From Candidatus Zixiibacteriota bacterium (GTDB lineage Bacteria; RBG-13-66-14; B26-G2; WVWN01): DNA of 64,000 nucleotides. The stretch is taken from the NCBI GenBank assembly GCA_050117845.1, contig JASFLY010000006.1, positions 65,701-129,700 on the forward strand, given 5' to 3'. The position numbers were made by a program, and so were the translations under genes. The notes under the pieces are model-generated. The model was given only the letters and a program-made list of their open reading frames with translations, had not been told where the DNA came from and ran no database searches. The first letter of the stretch is position 1; every line of letters starts with the position of its first letter. Shown here piece after piece: positions 10,558 to 19,670 of the stretch.

Positions 10558-13179
10558 ATGAAGATAAAAATAGCGCTCGTTGCGGCCGCGTTGCTCGCGG
10601 CCGTTTCGGCCGGGGCCGCGGACGCCGTGCGGGAAGTTTTCCCCAACGGCCTCGTGGCCATCGTGGCCGAGGACCATACCAACCCCGTCGCCGCGATCCG
10701 CGTCTACGTTCGGGCCGGGTCCATTTACGAGGGAAAATACCTCGGCGCCGGCCTGTCGCACTTCCTCGAGCACATGCTGGGGGAGCGGACCGACAAGCAT
10801 ACCAAGGCCGAAATAGAGGCCGCGGTCTCGGAACTGGGCGGGGCGTATAACGCCTATACCTGGAAGGACCACGTTTGTTATTACGTGGCCGTGCGGTCCG
10901 ACAAGGTGGACGACGGCATCGAGCACCTGGAGGAAACGGTCTTCCACACCGTCCTGGAGCCGGAGAACGTCGAGAACCAGCGGGACATAATCGTCAACGA
11001 GATCCGCATGGGCCTCGACGAACCTTCCCGCGTTCTCCAGAAGGCGTTCTTCTATGCGATGTTCCGGGAACACCCGGTCCGTTATCCGACGATAGGTTAC
11101 GAGGAGATATTCGTCCGGGCCTCGCGCGAGGACCTGCAGGATTACTACGACCGCTACTACATCCCCGAGCGGACCATCGTCGTCGTGGCCGGCGACGTGG
11201 ACGCCGACCGGACCTTCGGAAAACTCCGCGAGACCTTCGGCGCCCTGCCGCGCGGCAAGTCCTTCTCGGAGGAAAAATTCCATGAGCCGCCGCAGCTGGG
11301 CCGCCGCGACGTCGTGGTCCCGATGGACATCGGCGCCGCGTACATGTGGCTCGGCTTCCGCGGCCCCGAACTCGGGACGGACGACGCGTACGCTTTGGAA
11401 GTCGCCACCGCCATCGCCGGCTTCGGCCGTTCCAGCCGGCTCTACCGCCGCGTTCTCGAGGAGGGGGGCTACGTCACCGACGTCGAAGCCTGGCTGTCCA
11501 CGCCGCCCACCGGCTACGGTTATCTGGGCGTGTACGCCGAGGGCGAGGCCATAGAGCTTAACTACGCCGAGGACGCCATCATCGACGAGATGCTCCGCTT
11601 CACCGAGGACAAGGTTTCGAAGGACGAACTCACCCGGGCCAAGAAACTCCTCGAGGCGCAGTATATCATGGGCCTGTCGACCGTGGCGGACGTGGCCGAG
11701 GACCTGGGGGAAAACGAACTCTATACCGGGAACATGAATTACGGCGATGAGTACCTCGAGCGCATAAACGAGGTCACCGCCGACGACATCCGCGAGGCCG
11801 CCCGGCGACACCTAAAGATGTCGAACCTGACGGTGGCCAAGGTCGTCCCGCGCGATTGGGCGGCCGGCGAAGAGGTTATGGAGGTTGTCACCGAAGCGGA
11901 GCCGATGGAGAAGTTCGAGTACCCGAGCGGCCTGCGGCTCCTCGTCCGGCGCAACCCCGCGGCGCCGTCGGTGGCCGTGCGGGGCGTAATCGGCGGCGGC
12001 TCCCGGGTGACGACGCCGGGCCGGGAGGGCGTCGCGGAACTCGCGGCCGAACTCATGGTCAAGGGGACGAAGAAACGCAAGGGCGACCGTATCGCCCGGG
12101 AGATGGAGAACCTGGGCGGCACCATCGGCTCCGGGGCCTATCTGGATTATATGACGCTGTCCGCGGACTGCCTCGCCGAGGATTTCGAAAAGGCCTTCGA
12201 TATATACGCGGACTGCCTTACGAATTCCACCATGCCGTCCGTAGAGTTCACCCGCGAGCAGGACCGCCTCCTGGCCCAACTCCAGAGCGAGGACGACGAC
12301 TGGGAACTGCACGGCGAGCGGCTGATGCGCGAGGGCTTGTTCCCCACCCACCCGTACCGCTACCGGACGACCGGGACCGTGGATTCGGTGGGCCGGCTGA
12401 CGGACGAGGACGCCTACGCCTACTACACGAAGTACGTAACGCCGGGCAACGTCGTCATCTCCGTCGTGGGGGACGTGGACCCGGCGGACGTGAAGCTAAT
12501 CGTCGATAAGAAGCTGGGTTCCTGGAACCCGCCGGCCTCGCCGGCGCCCATCGTTCCGGCCGACCCGCCGCCCTCCGAACGGACCGTCCTGTACGAGAAG
12601 ACGGACAACGAGCAGGCCGTCGTATACGTCGGCTTCCGGGGCGTGTCCTACGGCGACGCGGACGAGTTCGCCCTGCGCCTGCTGGACGCGGCCTCCTCGG
12701 GCGTGTATCTGCCGGGCGGCCGCCTGCACGAGCGCCTGCGCGGCGCGGGTTACGTTTACGTCGTGCACGCGTATAATATTACCGCCCACGACCCGGGCTA
12801 CTTCGGCATCTTCGCCGCCACTTCTCCAGGTAAAGCGGACGAGGTTCTCGCCGCCATCGAGGAGGAGATAGCGAAACTCAAGGCCGAGCCGATTACCGGC
12901 GACGAACTCGAGCTCGCCCGGGAGAACTGGCTGACGATGAACGCGCTCTACAACTCCCAGAGTAACGGCGACGTGGCCCTGCTTTCCGCCCGCGACGAAC
13001 TCGTGGGCCTGGGCTTCGATTGGAGGCAGAACTTCGACGCCCGTATCGAGGCCGTGACCGCGGCCGACATCCTGGCGGCGGCCCGCAAGTACCTCGTCAA
13101 TCCCGTCATCGTCGTCACGACGCCGACACCGCCGGGGGAGGAGCCGGCCGAGGAAGTCCTTGAAGAAGATACGCCGTGA
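10558..13179 (+). CDS. M16 family (pitrilysin-like) zinc peptidase, secreted
   Basis: Inverted HxxEH (HFLEH), NAYT, tandem M16/M16_C domains, signal peptide. Confidence 0.93.
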   Translation: MKIKIALVAAALLAAVSAGAADAVREVFPNGLVAIVAEDHTNPVAAIRVYVRAGSIYEGKYLGAGLSHFLEHMLGERTDKHTKAEIEAAVSELGGAYNAYTWKDHVCYYVAVRSDKVDDGIEHLEETVFHTVLEPENVENQRDIIVNEIRMGLDEPSRVLQKAFFYAMFREHPVRYPTIGYEEIFVRASREDLQDYYDRYYIPERTIVVVAGDVDADRTFGKLRETFGALPRGKSFSEEKFHEPPQLGRRDVVVPMDIGAAYMWLGFRGPELGTDDAYALEVATAIAGFGRSSRLYRRVLEEGGYVTDVEAWLSTPPTGYGYLGVYAEGEAIELNYAEDAIIDEMLRFTEDKVSKDELTRAKKLLEAQYIMGLSTVADVAEDLGENELYTGNMNYGDEYLERINEVTADDIREAARRHLKMSNLTVAKVVPRDWAAGEEVMEVVTEAEPMEKFEYPSGLRLLVRRNPAAPSVAVRGVIGGGSRVTTPGREGVAELAAELMVKGTKKRKGDRIAREMENLGGTIGSGAYLDYMTLSADCLAEDFEKAFDIYADCLTNSTMPSVEFTREQDRLLAQLQSEDDDWELHGERLMREGLFPTHPYRYRTTGTVDSVGRLTDEDAYAYYTKYVTPGNVVISVVGDVDPADVKLIVDKKLGSWNPPASPAPIVPADPPPSERTVLYEKTDNEQAVVYVGFRGVSYGDADEFALRLLDAASSGVYLPGGRLHERLRGAGYVYVVHAYNITAHDPGYFGIFAATSPGKADEVLAAIEEEIAKLKAEPITGDELELARENWLTMNALYNSQSNGDVALLSARDELVGLGFDWRQNFDARIEAVTAADILAAARKYLVNPVIVVTTPTPPGEEPAEEVLEEDTP

Positions 13180-13243
13180 TAAGCGTATCGATTAAGAGAT
13201 ATTAGGAGGGCGGCCCGACGGGCCGCAAACAAAAGGGGGGAAT

Positions 13244-13819
13244 ATGCGAATCAAATGCCTTGCGGCGGCGGTCCTGACCTGTGCCGTGGCGGCGGCCGCG
13301 GCCGCAGCGGAGGGGACGGAAACGCACCGCGAGCGGGTCAGTCTCGGCTTCGCGGCGGGAGCCCGGGCTGTCTCCGGCGGCGGCCCCTACGGCGCCGTAT
13401 TGTTCCATATACACGGGTTAAGATTCCTGCGGATAGGCGTGGGCGCGGGGGGGTATAGCTTGGGCTCGCTCGCCGCCATGGACATTAGTGGCGGCTATCG
13501 TGAACCTTCGGCCAGACTGCTGTTTTTAAGCGGGGAGGTCGCGTGGCCCGATAAGGCCGTGGCGCCCAAACTCCACCTTGAATTCGGCCCGGCCTTTTTC
13601 TCTTACTCCTATTATGGGCCATACTTAGTAACCTACCGCGCGCGCTACACCGAGTTGTTCTATTCGGCGGCGCCCGGCGTTGATTTCCGGCTTAGCCCTA
13701 CTGTCCGGCTGACCTGCGAGGGCGGCCTCGGTTTTCAGACCTGGGGCGTAGAAGACGACTGGGACGGCCGGGGCTTCAAGTACGGCATATTCAATCTCGG
13801 CATCCGCTTCGTGTTTTAA
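13244..13819 (+). CDS. Outer-membrane beta-barrel hypothetical protein
   Basis: Signal peptide; C-terminal NLGIRFVF beta-signal. Confidence 0.65.
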   Translation: MRIKCLAAAVLTCAVAAAAAAAEGTETHRERVSLGFAAGARAVSGGGPYGAVLFHIHGLRFLRIGVGAGGYSLGSLAAMDISGGYREPSARLLFLSGEVAWPDKAVAPKLHLEFGPAFFSYSYYGPYLVTYRARYTELFYSAAPGVDFRLSPTVRLTCEGGLGFQTWGVEDDWDGRGFKYGIFNLGIRFVF

Positions 13820-13873
13820 GCGGGAGGCCGGGAATCGGTAGTACAAACTCGCCTGAACGACGAGGCAATAACG

Positions 13874-13900
13874 AAGGGCGGCCCGTTGGGCCGCCTTTTT
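13874..13900. terminator. Terminator between convergent genes
   Basis: GGCGGCCC-GTT-GGGCCGCC followed by a T-run. Confidence 0.75.
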
Positions 13901-14541
13901 TATTGTATATCCCAGCCGCAAAGCGTCAGCGTGACGCCGGGCCAGTCGGTGAACTTGAACGTTATCTTGAGTATCTTTCCGCCCAGCTCGCCCTCGCGGC
14001 CTACGTACCCCTCTATCGTCGTACGCTTGTCGTCGTCCCAGCCGGTGATGTCCCCATCCACGCGGATGCAGGGCAACGCGTCGTCGGGCCGCGTCGGCAG
14101 GCGGAAGGTCCCCCGGCTCGCGGCGCCGGCCTCGATGCGGTAAACCTTATCTTTCAGGGGGTAGTCGACGGTTATCTCGTCGCCGGGCGCGAGCGGCCGC
14201 CGCAGGAAAAAGTCCATAATCGTCAGGACCTTCTCGGCGCGCTCCGGGTCCACCGGGACGAAACGTTTCTCGAAGAGTGAGAAGAATTGAAGGGTCCGGC
14301 CTTCCGGGTCGGCCTTCATCAGGACCTTCCCGGCGTTCTCGACCTCTACGCGGCCGGCGTCGTCGTCCCGCCACGCTATCTCGTCGTCGGCCACGAAGAA
14401 CACGGCGAGGACGACGGCGCCGAGGAACTCCCTCGGCGTCCGGGCGGTGAGCGTTACCTGGTATTTTAAGAAGGCGTCGCCGTGCGCGGCGGCGACGGAG
14501 AGGGCGAGCGCGAGCGCGAATGCCGTTCGTGTCTTATTAAC
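13900..14541 (-). CDS. Secreted hypothetical protein (start uncertain)
   Basis: Frame is open upstream of the first GTG (14403) and encodes a signal peptide NKTRTAFALALALSVAAAHG; only GTT at 14541 precedes it. Confidence 0.6.
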   Translation of the reverse strand, partial: VNKTRTAFALALALSVAAAHGDAFLKYQVTLTARTPREFLGAVVLAVFFVADDEIAWRDDDAGRVEVENAGKVLMKADPEGRTLQFFSLFEKRFVPVDPERAEKVLTIMDFFLRRPLAPGDEITVDYPLKDKVYRIEAGAASRGTFRLPTRPDDALPCIRVDGDITGWDDDKRTTIEGYVGREGELGGKILKITFKFTDWPGVTLTLCGWDIQ

Positions 14542-14571
14542 GTCCGCGGCCCCCCGAGCCTGGGACGTGCG

Positions 14572-16011
14572 TTAAACCTGCGAGCCGTGCGGCGTGAACT
14601 CTTTTTTAAACAGCATCGTCAAAAGGAAAGCGAAACCGCCCGCGAGCAGGACTTTGATGTCCGTCCAGGTGCGAATAGCCATGAGCCGTTTCCACATGTA
14701 ACGGGGTCGGCGGTAGAACTTGCGGAAGGCGAGCGCGCGCAGTTCCTGGATCTGTTCCCGCTCCATGGTGTAGGGGACGAAGGCGCAACCCTCGAAGGTG
14801 TAGTCGAGGACGTTGTCGGTGGCGACGCGGCCGTACTTCTCCACGTTTTCGTAGAGCTCGGCCCCGGGGAAGGGCGTCAGCGCGTGGAAGTTCACGACGT
14901 CGCTGTCGATGTCGATGGCGAACTGGATGGACTTAAGGCCGTCCTCGAAGGTCTCGCCCGGATTCCCGAAGATAAAGGGCGTTACGGTCTTGATGCCCGC
15001 CTTGTGCGCCCACTCCACGGCGAGGCGGTTCTGCTCGACCGTTACCCCCTTGCCCATGGCGTCAAGGGAGGACTGCACGCCGGACTCGAGGCCGAGGAGA
15101 ATCCCCCAGAACTTGGCCTTCTTCATCTTCTGGAATATTTCCGGGTCGACGTTGTCGACGCGGGCGGAGCCGTAGAAGGTGAGGTCGTAATCCCGTTCGA
15201 TGATGCCGTCTAGGATGTCGTGGATGCGCTCCTTGTCGTAGACGAGGTTGTCGTCGAAGAAGCGGATCTCCTTAATCTTGTACGTCTCGTAGCAGTGGTC
15301 GATTTCCTCCAGGACCTTCTCGGCGCTGCGGGAGCGCCATACGCCCTCGGCGTTGAGTTGCCAGCAGAAGATGCACTGGCCGTTGCACCCCCGCGACGTG
15401 TAGAGGTAGAGCGCCGGCAGCCGCTGGTAGGTGCCGAGTGGCGGGACGTAGCGCTCCATGTCGATGAGGTCGCGGGCGGGGAAGGGCAGGACGTTCAGGT
15501 CCGGGATGTGGGGACGGGGTGCGTTGAGGTGGATTACGTCCCCCTCCCGGTACGCCAGGCCCTCCACGGTCGAGAGTTCGCCCCCGGCCTCGAGAGTCCG
15601 GGCGAGTACGTCCGACGTTATCTCGCCCTCGCCGAACGTGACGCTATCGGGATGGGGCGACTCCCGTAGGACGCGGTCCCTCCAGCCGCTGGCCAGCGGC
15701 CCGCCCACGGCGACGTGGACCCCCGGCATCTCCCGGTGAATGCGCTCGGCGAGCGAGTTCATCGCATCCCATGAGAAAGTAGTCAAATACATCCCCACCA
15801 TGCCGGGGCCGAAGTCCCGCAATAGCGGCATCATTTCGTCCTGGGTCAGGAGGCCGCCGTCGAAGACGCGCACGTCGTGGCCCGCTTCCCGCAGGGCCGC
15901 GGCCACGGACAGTATCCCCAGCGGGTGCCACCGGCCGCCGACGAACATGCCGAAGTTTCCGGTGAACACCTCCTGGGGAGTCCAGGGGGGAAATACCATT
16001 GCGACTTTCAT
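14572..16011 (-). CDS. B12-binding-domain radical SAM protein
   Basis: N-terminal HPLGILSVAA cobalamin-binding region, SRGCNGQCIFC (CxxxCxxC), PFPGAE. Confidence 0.92.
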   Translation of the reverse strand: MKVAMVFPPWTPQEVFTGNFGMFVGGRWHPLGILSVAAALREAGHDVRVFDGGLLTQDEMMPLLRDFGPGMVGMYLTTFSWDAMNSLAERIHREMPGVHVAVGGPLASGWRDRVLRESPHPDSVTFGEGEITSDVLARTLEAGGELSTVEGLAYREGDVIHLNAPRPHIPDLNVLPFPARDLIDMERYVPPLGTYQRLPALYLYTSRGCNGQCIFCWQLNAEGVWRSRSAEKVLEEIDHCYETYKIKEIRFFDDNLVYDKERIHDILDGIIERDYDLTFYGSARVDNVDPEIFQKMKKAKFWGILLGLESGVQSSLDAMGKGVTVEQNRLAVEWAHKAGIKTVTPFIFGNPGETFEDGLKSIQFAIDIDSDVVNFHALTPFPGAELYENVEKYGRVATDNVLDYTFEGCAFVPYTMEREQIQELRALAFRKFYRRPRYMWKRLMAIRTWTDIKVLLAGGFAFLLTMLFKKEFTPHGSQV

Positions 16012-16097
16012 AAGGTTATAAGTATTTTTGGAACACTAATTATAACATAAAAAAACCGGCGCCGACCGGCGGCCCCGGGGATGGAATGCGCCGTTCT

Positions 16098-17351
16098 TCA
16101 ACGCCACAGCTTGCGGGCGATGGTTACTAGGAGAACGGTATAGGAGACGATTGCGAAGGACCCCTCAAGGCCGGCCGCGACTTTGGCCCAGCCGTAGGGT
16201 TCGTAGTCCGTAAAACTCAGTTTCGTGAGCGTAACGAAAGAGAAGTACAGACACCGTTTGAAACTGAAACAGCTCAGGTCGGCCAGGGGCTGGAGCGTGC
16301 CGCCCGGGTCGATGTAACTCTCCAGGCCGAAGCCCATCGTGCCGAAGGCCGGTAACAGGTAGTAATATAGGGAGAATACGAACCACACGCCGATGAGGGA
16401 GAACGCCACACGCCACGGTTTGGTGCCGTAGCCGGCGTAGAGGTCGAAGAACACGTACTCCAGCGCGTTGCGGATATAGGCCCAGGGCCGCCACGTTCTG
16501 CGGTCGACGAGTCGGGCCCGGCGCCTCGTCGCCATCTCCCGGTATAGTGCCGTTTCGGCCTGGGGGAAGCGGCCGAAGTTGCGGAAATTCAACTTGAGCT
16601 CGGTATACACCTCGGCCGCCTCGCGGAACTTCCCGGGGCGGTCGCTTTCGATTATGAGTTTATCCGGCAGCACGGCGCGGCCGAGGTCGGTCTCGCGGAA
16701 AATCGCGCCGTATAGGTCGGCGCGCCGGAGGTCGGCGGACGCGATATCGCAATTCTCGAAGCGCGTGCCGGAGAAGACGGCCCCCGAGAAATCCGCCCGG
16801 ACGAGCGTTACGCGGCGGAAACTCGCGGCGCTCATGTCCGCCTGGTGGAAGGTGGCGCCGCTGAGGTCGGTTTCCTCGAAGCGGGCCCGGTTTAATTTGG
16901 CGGTGGTAATATCGGCGTGGGCCGCCGCGGCGTAGCGGAAATCGGCGTGGGAGAGGTCGGCCCCCCTGAAGTTGGCGAAGGAGGCGTCGGCCTCGGTGAA
17001 GTCGGCGTGGGCGAGCGTGGCGCCCCGGAACGAAGCGCCCTCGAGTACGGCCCCGCTGAAGTCGGAGCCGGAGAAGTCGCCCCCGGAGAAGTCCGCGCCC
17101 GTCAGGTTGGCGCCGACGAAGTTGGTCCGGGGGCCCGCGACTTCTTTAATCTTGACCGATTGGAGGTTGAGGCCGGCGAAGCCGTGAAGCGAGGCCGCGC
17201 GGCCGCGGATCTCGTCGAGGTAAGCCGCGGTATCGGGGAGGTGTTCCCAACAGCAGCGGGAGAAACTCAAGGCCGGGGCGGTGCATTCCGGATGACAACA
17301 GGCCGGCCTTTCCGCCCAATGATGTTCGCCTAGCTCGTCCGACGAGTCCAC
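16098..17351 (-). CDS. Pentapeptide-repeat protein with C-terminal two-TM channel-like pore domain
   Basis: A(D/N)(F/L)xx repeats, GYGTKPWR, TM, YFSFVTLTKLSFTDYEP pore helix, TM; GTG 17351 just after the upstream stop. Confidence 0.82.
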   Translation of the reverse strand: MDSSDELGEHHWAERPACCHPECTAPALSFSRCCWEHLPDTAAYLDEIRGRAASLHGFAGLNLQSVKIKEVAGPRTNFVGANLTGADFSGGDFSGSDFSGAVLEGASFRGATLAHADFTEADASFANFRGADLSHADFRYAAAAHADITTAKLNRARFEETDLSGATFHQADMSAASFRRVTLVRADFSGAVFSGTRFENCDIASADLRRADLYGAIFRETDLGRAVLPDKLIIESDRPGKFREAAEVYTELKLNFRNFGRFPQAETALYREMATRRRARLVDRRTWRPWAYIRNALEYVFFDLYAGYGTKPWRVAFSLIGVWFVFSLYYYLLPAFGTMGFGLESYIDPGGTLQPLADLSCFSFKRCLYFSFVTLTKLSFTDYEPYGWAKVAAGLEGSFAIVSYTVLLVTIARKLWR

Positions 17352-17353
17352 CG

Positions 17354-18790
17354 TCAACTCCTCCCGAAGACGTAGCGACCCAGTACGTCGAGGCCCGCCT
17401 TGGCCGCCCGGGCGAAATCGCCGGGGGACCGCATACGGCGCACACGCCGCCAGACGTACGTGGGACGCAGGTAAAATTCCCGGTAAGCCGTTCTTATGTA
17501 ACGCTCGAGCAGGTCCGCGTCGCCGTACACCGCGTGCCGGGCGTCGTAACCGTCGAAGGCGTCGCCCAGTTCCTCCTTGACCTGCTCGTAGAACTCGGTG
17601 CCGGGGTAGGGCGTCGCGACGTTGAAGGAGGCGAACGAGGCGTATAGCTCCTTCGCGAGGTCTATAGTCGCGCGCATGTCCTCTTCCTCTTCGCCGACGT
17701 TGCCGAACATGAAGAAGGCCGCGGCCTCCAGGCCCACGCGGGCCGTGGCGTCGAAGGCCGCTCGGGCCTGCTCCACCGTCGTCTTCTTGCCCATGCGGTC
17801 CAGGACGCGCTGGGAGCCGGATTCCACGCCGAAGATGACGAGGTAGCACCCGGCTTCTTTTATCGCGGCCAACATCTCCTCGTCCACGGTATCGACGCGG
17901 GACATGCACATCCACGAGAAGTCGAGGCCCGCTTCCTTGATCATCCGGCACAACTCGACGACGCGGCGCTTGCCGATGGTGAAGGTGTCGTCCCAGAAGC
18001 CCACCTGCCGAACGCCTTCCTCCTCGACCATCTCGCGGAGTTCGGCCAGAACGTCCTCGTTGGAGCGGAAGCGTATGGTCCGGCCGTAGTAGGCGCCGGT
18101 GGAGCAGTAGTTGCACGGGTAGGGGCAGCCGCGGGACGTGATGATGATGTCGAATCGGCCGTGGCGCATGAAAGGCGGGGCGTACGTATAGGGCCGGAAG
18201 AAACGGCGCGCGGGATGGGGCAGATCGTCCAGGTTCGCGATGAGCGGCCGCAGTTCGTTGTGGACTACCTTGCCGCCGTCGCGCCAGCTCAGGCCGGCGA
18301 CTTCCGCGTACGGGACCTCTCCCGCCACGGCGCGGGCGAGTTCGGCGCAGGTGGCCTCCGGCTCGCCGCGTATGAGACAGTCTGCGCCGGGGGCGGCGAA
18401 GCCGTCGTCGGGCCGGGCGCTGACGTGCGTCCCCATGACCGCGGTCAACGTGTCGGGCGAGACTTCCCGGGCCCGTTCCAGGAAAGCGAGGTCGCGCCAC
18501 AGCGTCGACGTGCCGGCGGCGACGTACAGCAGGTCGGGTCGGCTCTCGCGAATCGTTTCCAATACGTCCTCGACCTCGTCCCGGCCGGCCACGGCGTCGA
18601 CGAGCGTGACGTCGGCGTCCGCCCATTTCTCGGTCGCGGCGGCGCAGTAGGCCAAGCCCAGCGGCGGGATGACGTAATCGGTTTTGGTGAAGATGCCGGC
18701 GCAGCGGGCGAGTACGGCGTCGGTCTGCGTCGCGAAGTCGCCGGGGGCGAGCGGCGGGACCAGGAAGAGCGCTTTAATTTTTCGGGTCAT
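17354..18790 (-). CDS. B12-binding-domain radical SAM protein
   Basis: PPLGLAY, SRGCPYPCNYC, GVESGSQ, PYPGTE. Confidence 0.92.
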   Translation of the reverse strand: MTRKIKALFLVPPLAPGDFATQTDAVLARCAGIFTKTDYVIPPLGLAYCAAATEKWADADVTLVDAVAGRDEVEDVLETIRESRPDLLYVAAGTSTLWRDLAFLERAREVSPDTLTAVMGTHVSARPDDGFAAPGADCLIRGEPEATCAELARAVAGEVPYAEVAGLSWRDGGKVVHNELRPLIANLDDLPHPARRFFRPYTYAPPFMRHGRFDIIITSRGCPYPCNYCSTGAYYGRTIRFRSNEDVLAELREMVEEEGVRQVGFWDDTFTIGKRRVVELCRMIKEAGLDFSWMCMSRVDTVDEEMLAAIKEAGCYLVIFGVESGSQRVLDRMGKKTTVEQARAAFDATARVGLEAAAFFMFGNVGEEEEDMRATIDLAKELYASFASFNVATPYPGTEFYEQVKEELGDAFDGYDARHAVYGDADLLERYIRTAYREFYLRPTYVWRRVRRMRSPGDFARAAKAGLDVLGRYVFGRS

Positions 18791-19617
18791 TTTACCAGCT
18801 TATAAATTACGGCGCCGCCCGGCAGCCATCCGAAGAGGAACGCGTCCCAGCCGGCGACGAAAATGCGGCCGGCGTTCAGCGCCCGGGCGAGGGGCGATTC
18901 CAGCCGCCGTTCTTTGTTCTCGGCCGCCGGTTCCCCTTCGCCCCCGCCGCTTACGAGCGACGTTACGAGGGCCGTCAGCGGTTGGAACAGGTGTTTGAAG
19001 TAACGTTTCTTTTTTATTTTGAACCCGGCCTCGCGCACGGCCCGCTTCAGTTCCGCGGCCGCAAAGCGATTCAGGTGGCCGTCCTTCAGGTCGTCCCGGT
19101 CGAGGCGGCCTCCCCCCGGGGCCCGGCGCAGCCAGCGCCGGAGGTACAGGCCGTAGCACGACGTGTTGACCAGCGCCACGCCGCCCGGCCGCAGCACACG
19201 CGCGGCTTCGGCCAACGTAGCCGGCACGTCCTCGGCCGGTAGGTGCTCCAGGATATCGGCCATCAGGACGAGGTCACACGCGGCGTCGCGAAAGGGGAGT
19301 CGCCTAACGTCGGCCTCGACGGCGGCCATTCCCCTCTCCCGGGCGATGCGCAACGCCGGTGCCACGGCGTCCACCACGACGCGGTGCCGGACGCCCTCGA
19401 AAAGCGACGCCAGGTACCCTTCGCCGCCCCCCAGGTCGAGGAGCCGATCGTACTCCCGGCGGCCGGCGAAGCGCCGAAGCGTCCGCCATGCCAGCCAGCC
19501 CAGCGGCCCCAGGGCGTGCCGGGGAGACAGGCCTGCGGCCTTTCGCCAGCGGCCCGCGCGATAAAGCCGTTCGCTCTCGCGCCGGGGTTCTTCGTCAAAT
19601 TCGTTTGGCGTCTCTAT
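18787..19617 (-). CDS. Class I SAM-dependent methyltransferase (start uncertain)
   Basis: Motif I LLDLGGGEG (19420-19443) lies upstream of the first GTG; ADVRRLPF, ILEHL, RVLRPGG; frame open to 19626. Confidence 0.8.
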   Translation of the reverse strand: METPNEFDEEPRRESERLYRAGRWRKAAGLSPRHALGPLGWLAWRTLRRFAGRREYDRLLDLGGGEGYLASLFEGVRHRVVVDAVAPALRIARERGMAAVEADVRRLPFRDAACDLVLMADILEHLPAEDVPATLAEAARVLRPGGVALVNTSCYGLYLRRWLRRAPGGGRLDRDDLKDGHLNRFAAAELKRAVREAGFKIKKKRYFKHLFQPLTALVTSLVSGGGEGEPAAENKERRLESPLARALNAGRIFVAGWDAFLFGWLPGGAVIYKLVK

Positions 19618-19625
19618 ATCTTCGT

Positions 19626-19633
19626 ATTATAAT
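19626..19633. promoter_or_regulatory. Overlapping bidirectional -10 boxes
   Basis: Palindrome ATTATAAT gives TATAAT on both strands between divergent genes. Confidence 0.5.
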
Positions 19634-19670
19634 AAAAAACGTTCGCGGCCGCAATCGCGCGGCGCGTATT

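Noticed and set aside
16098..18626. 842-aa ORF as listed in the ORF track
   Set aside because: The N-terminal half is a shadow frame of the radical SAM gene; the real gene starts near GTG 17351
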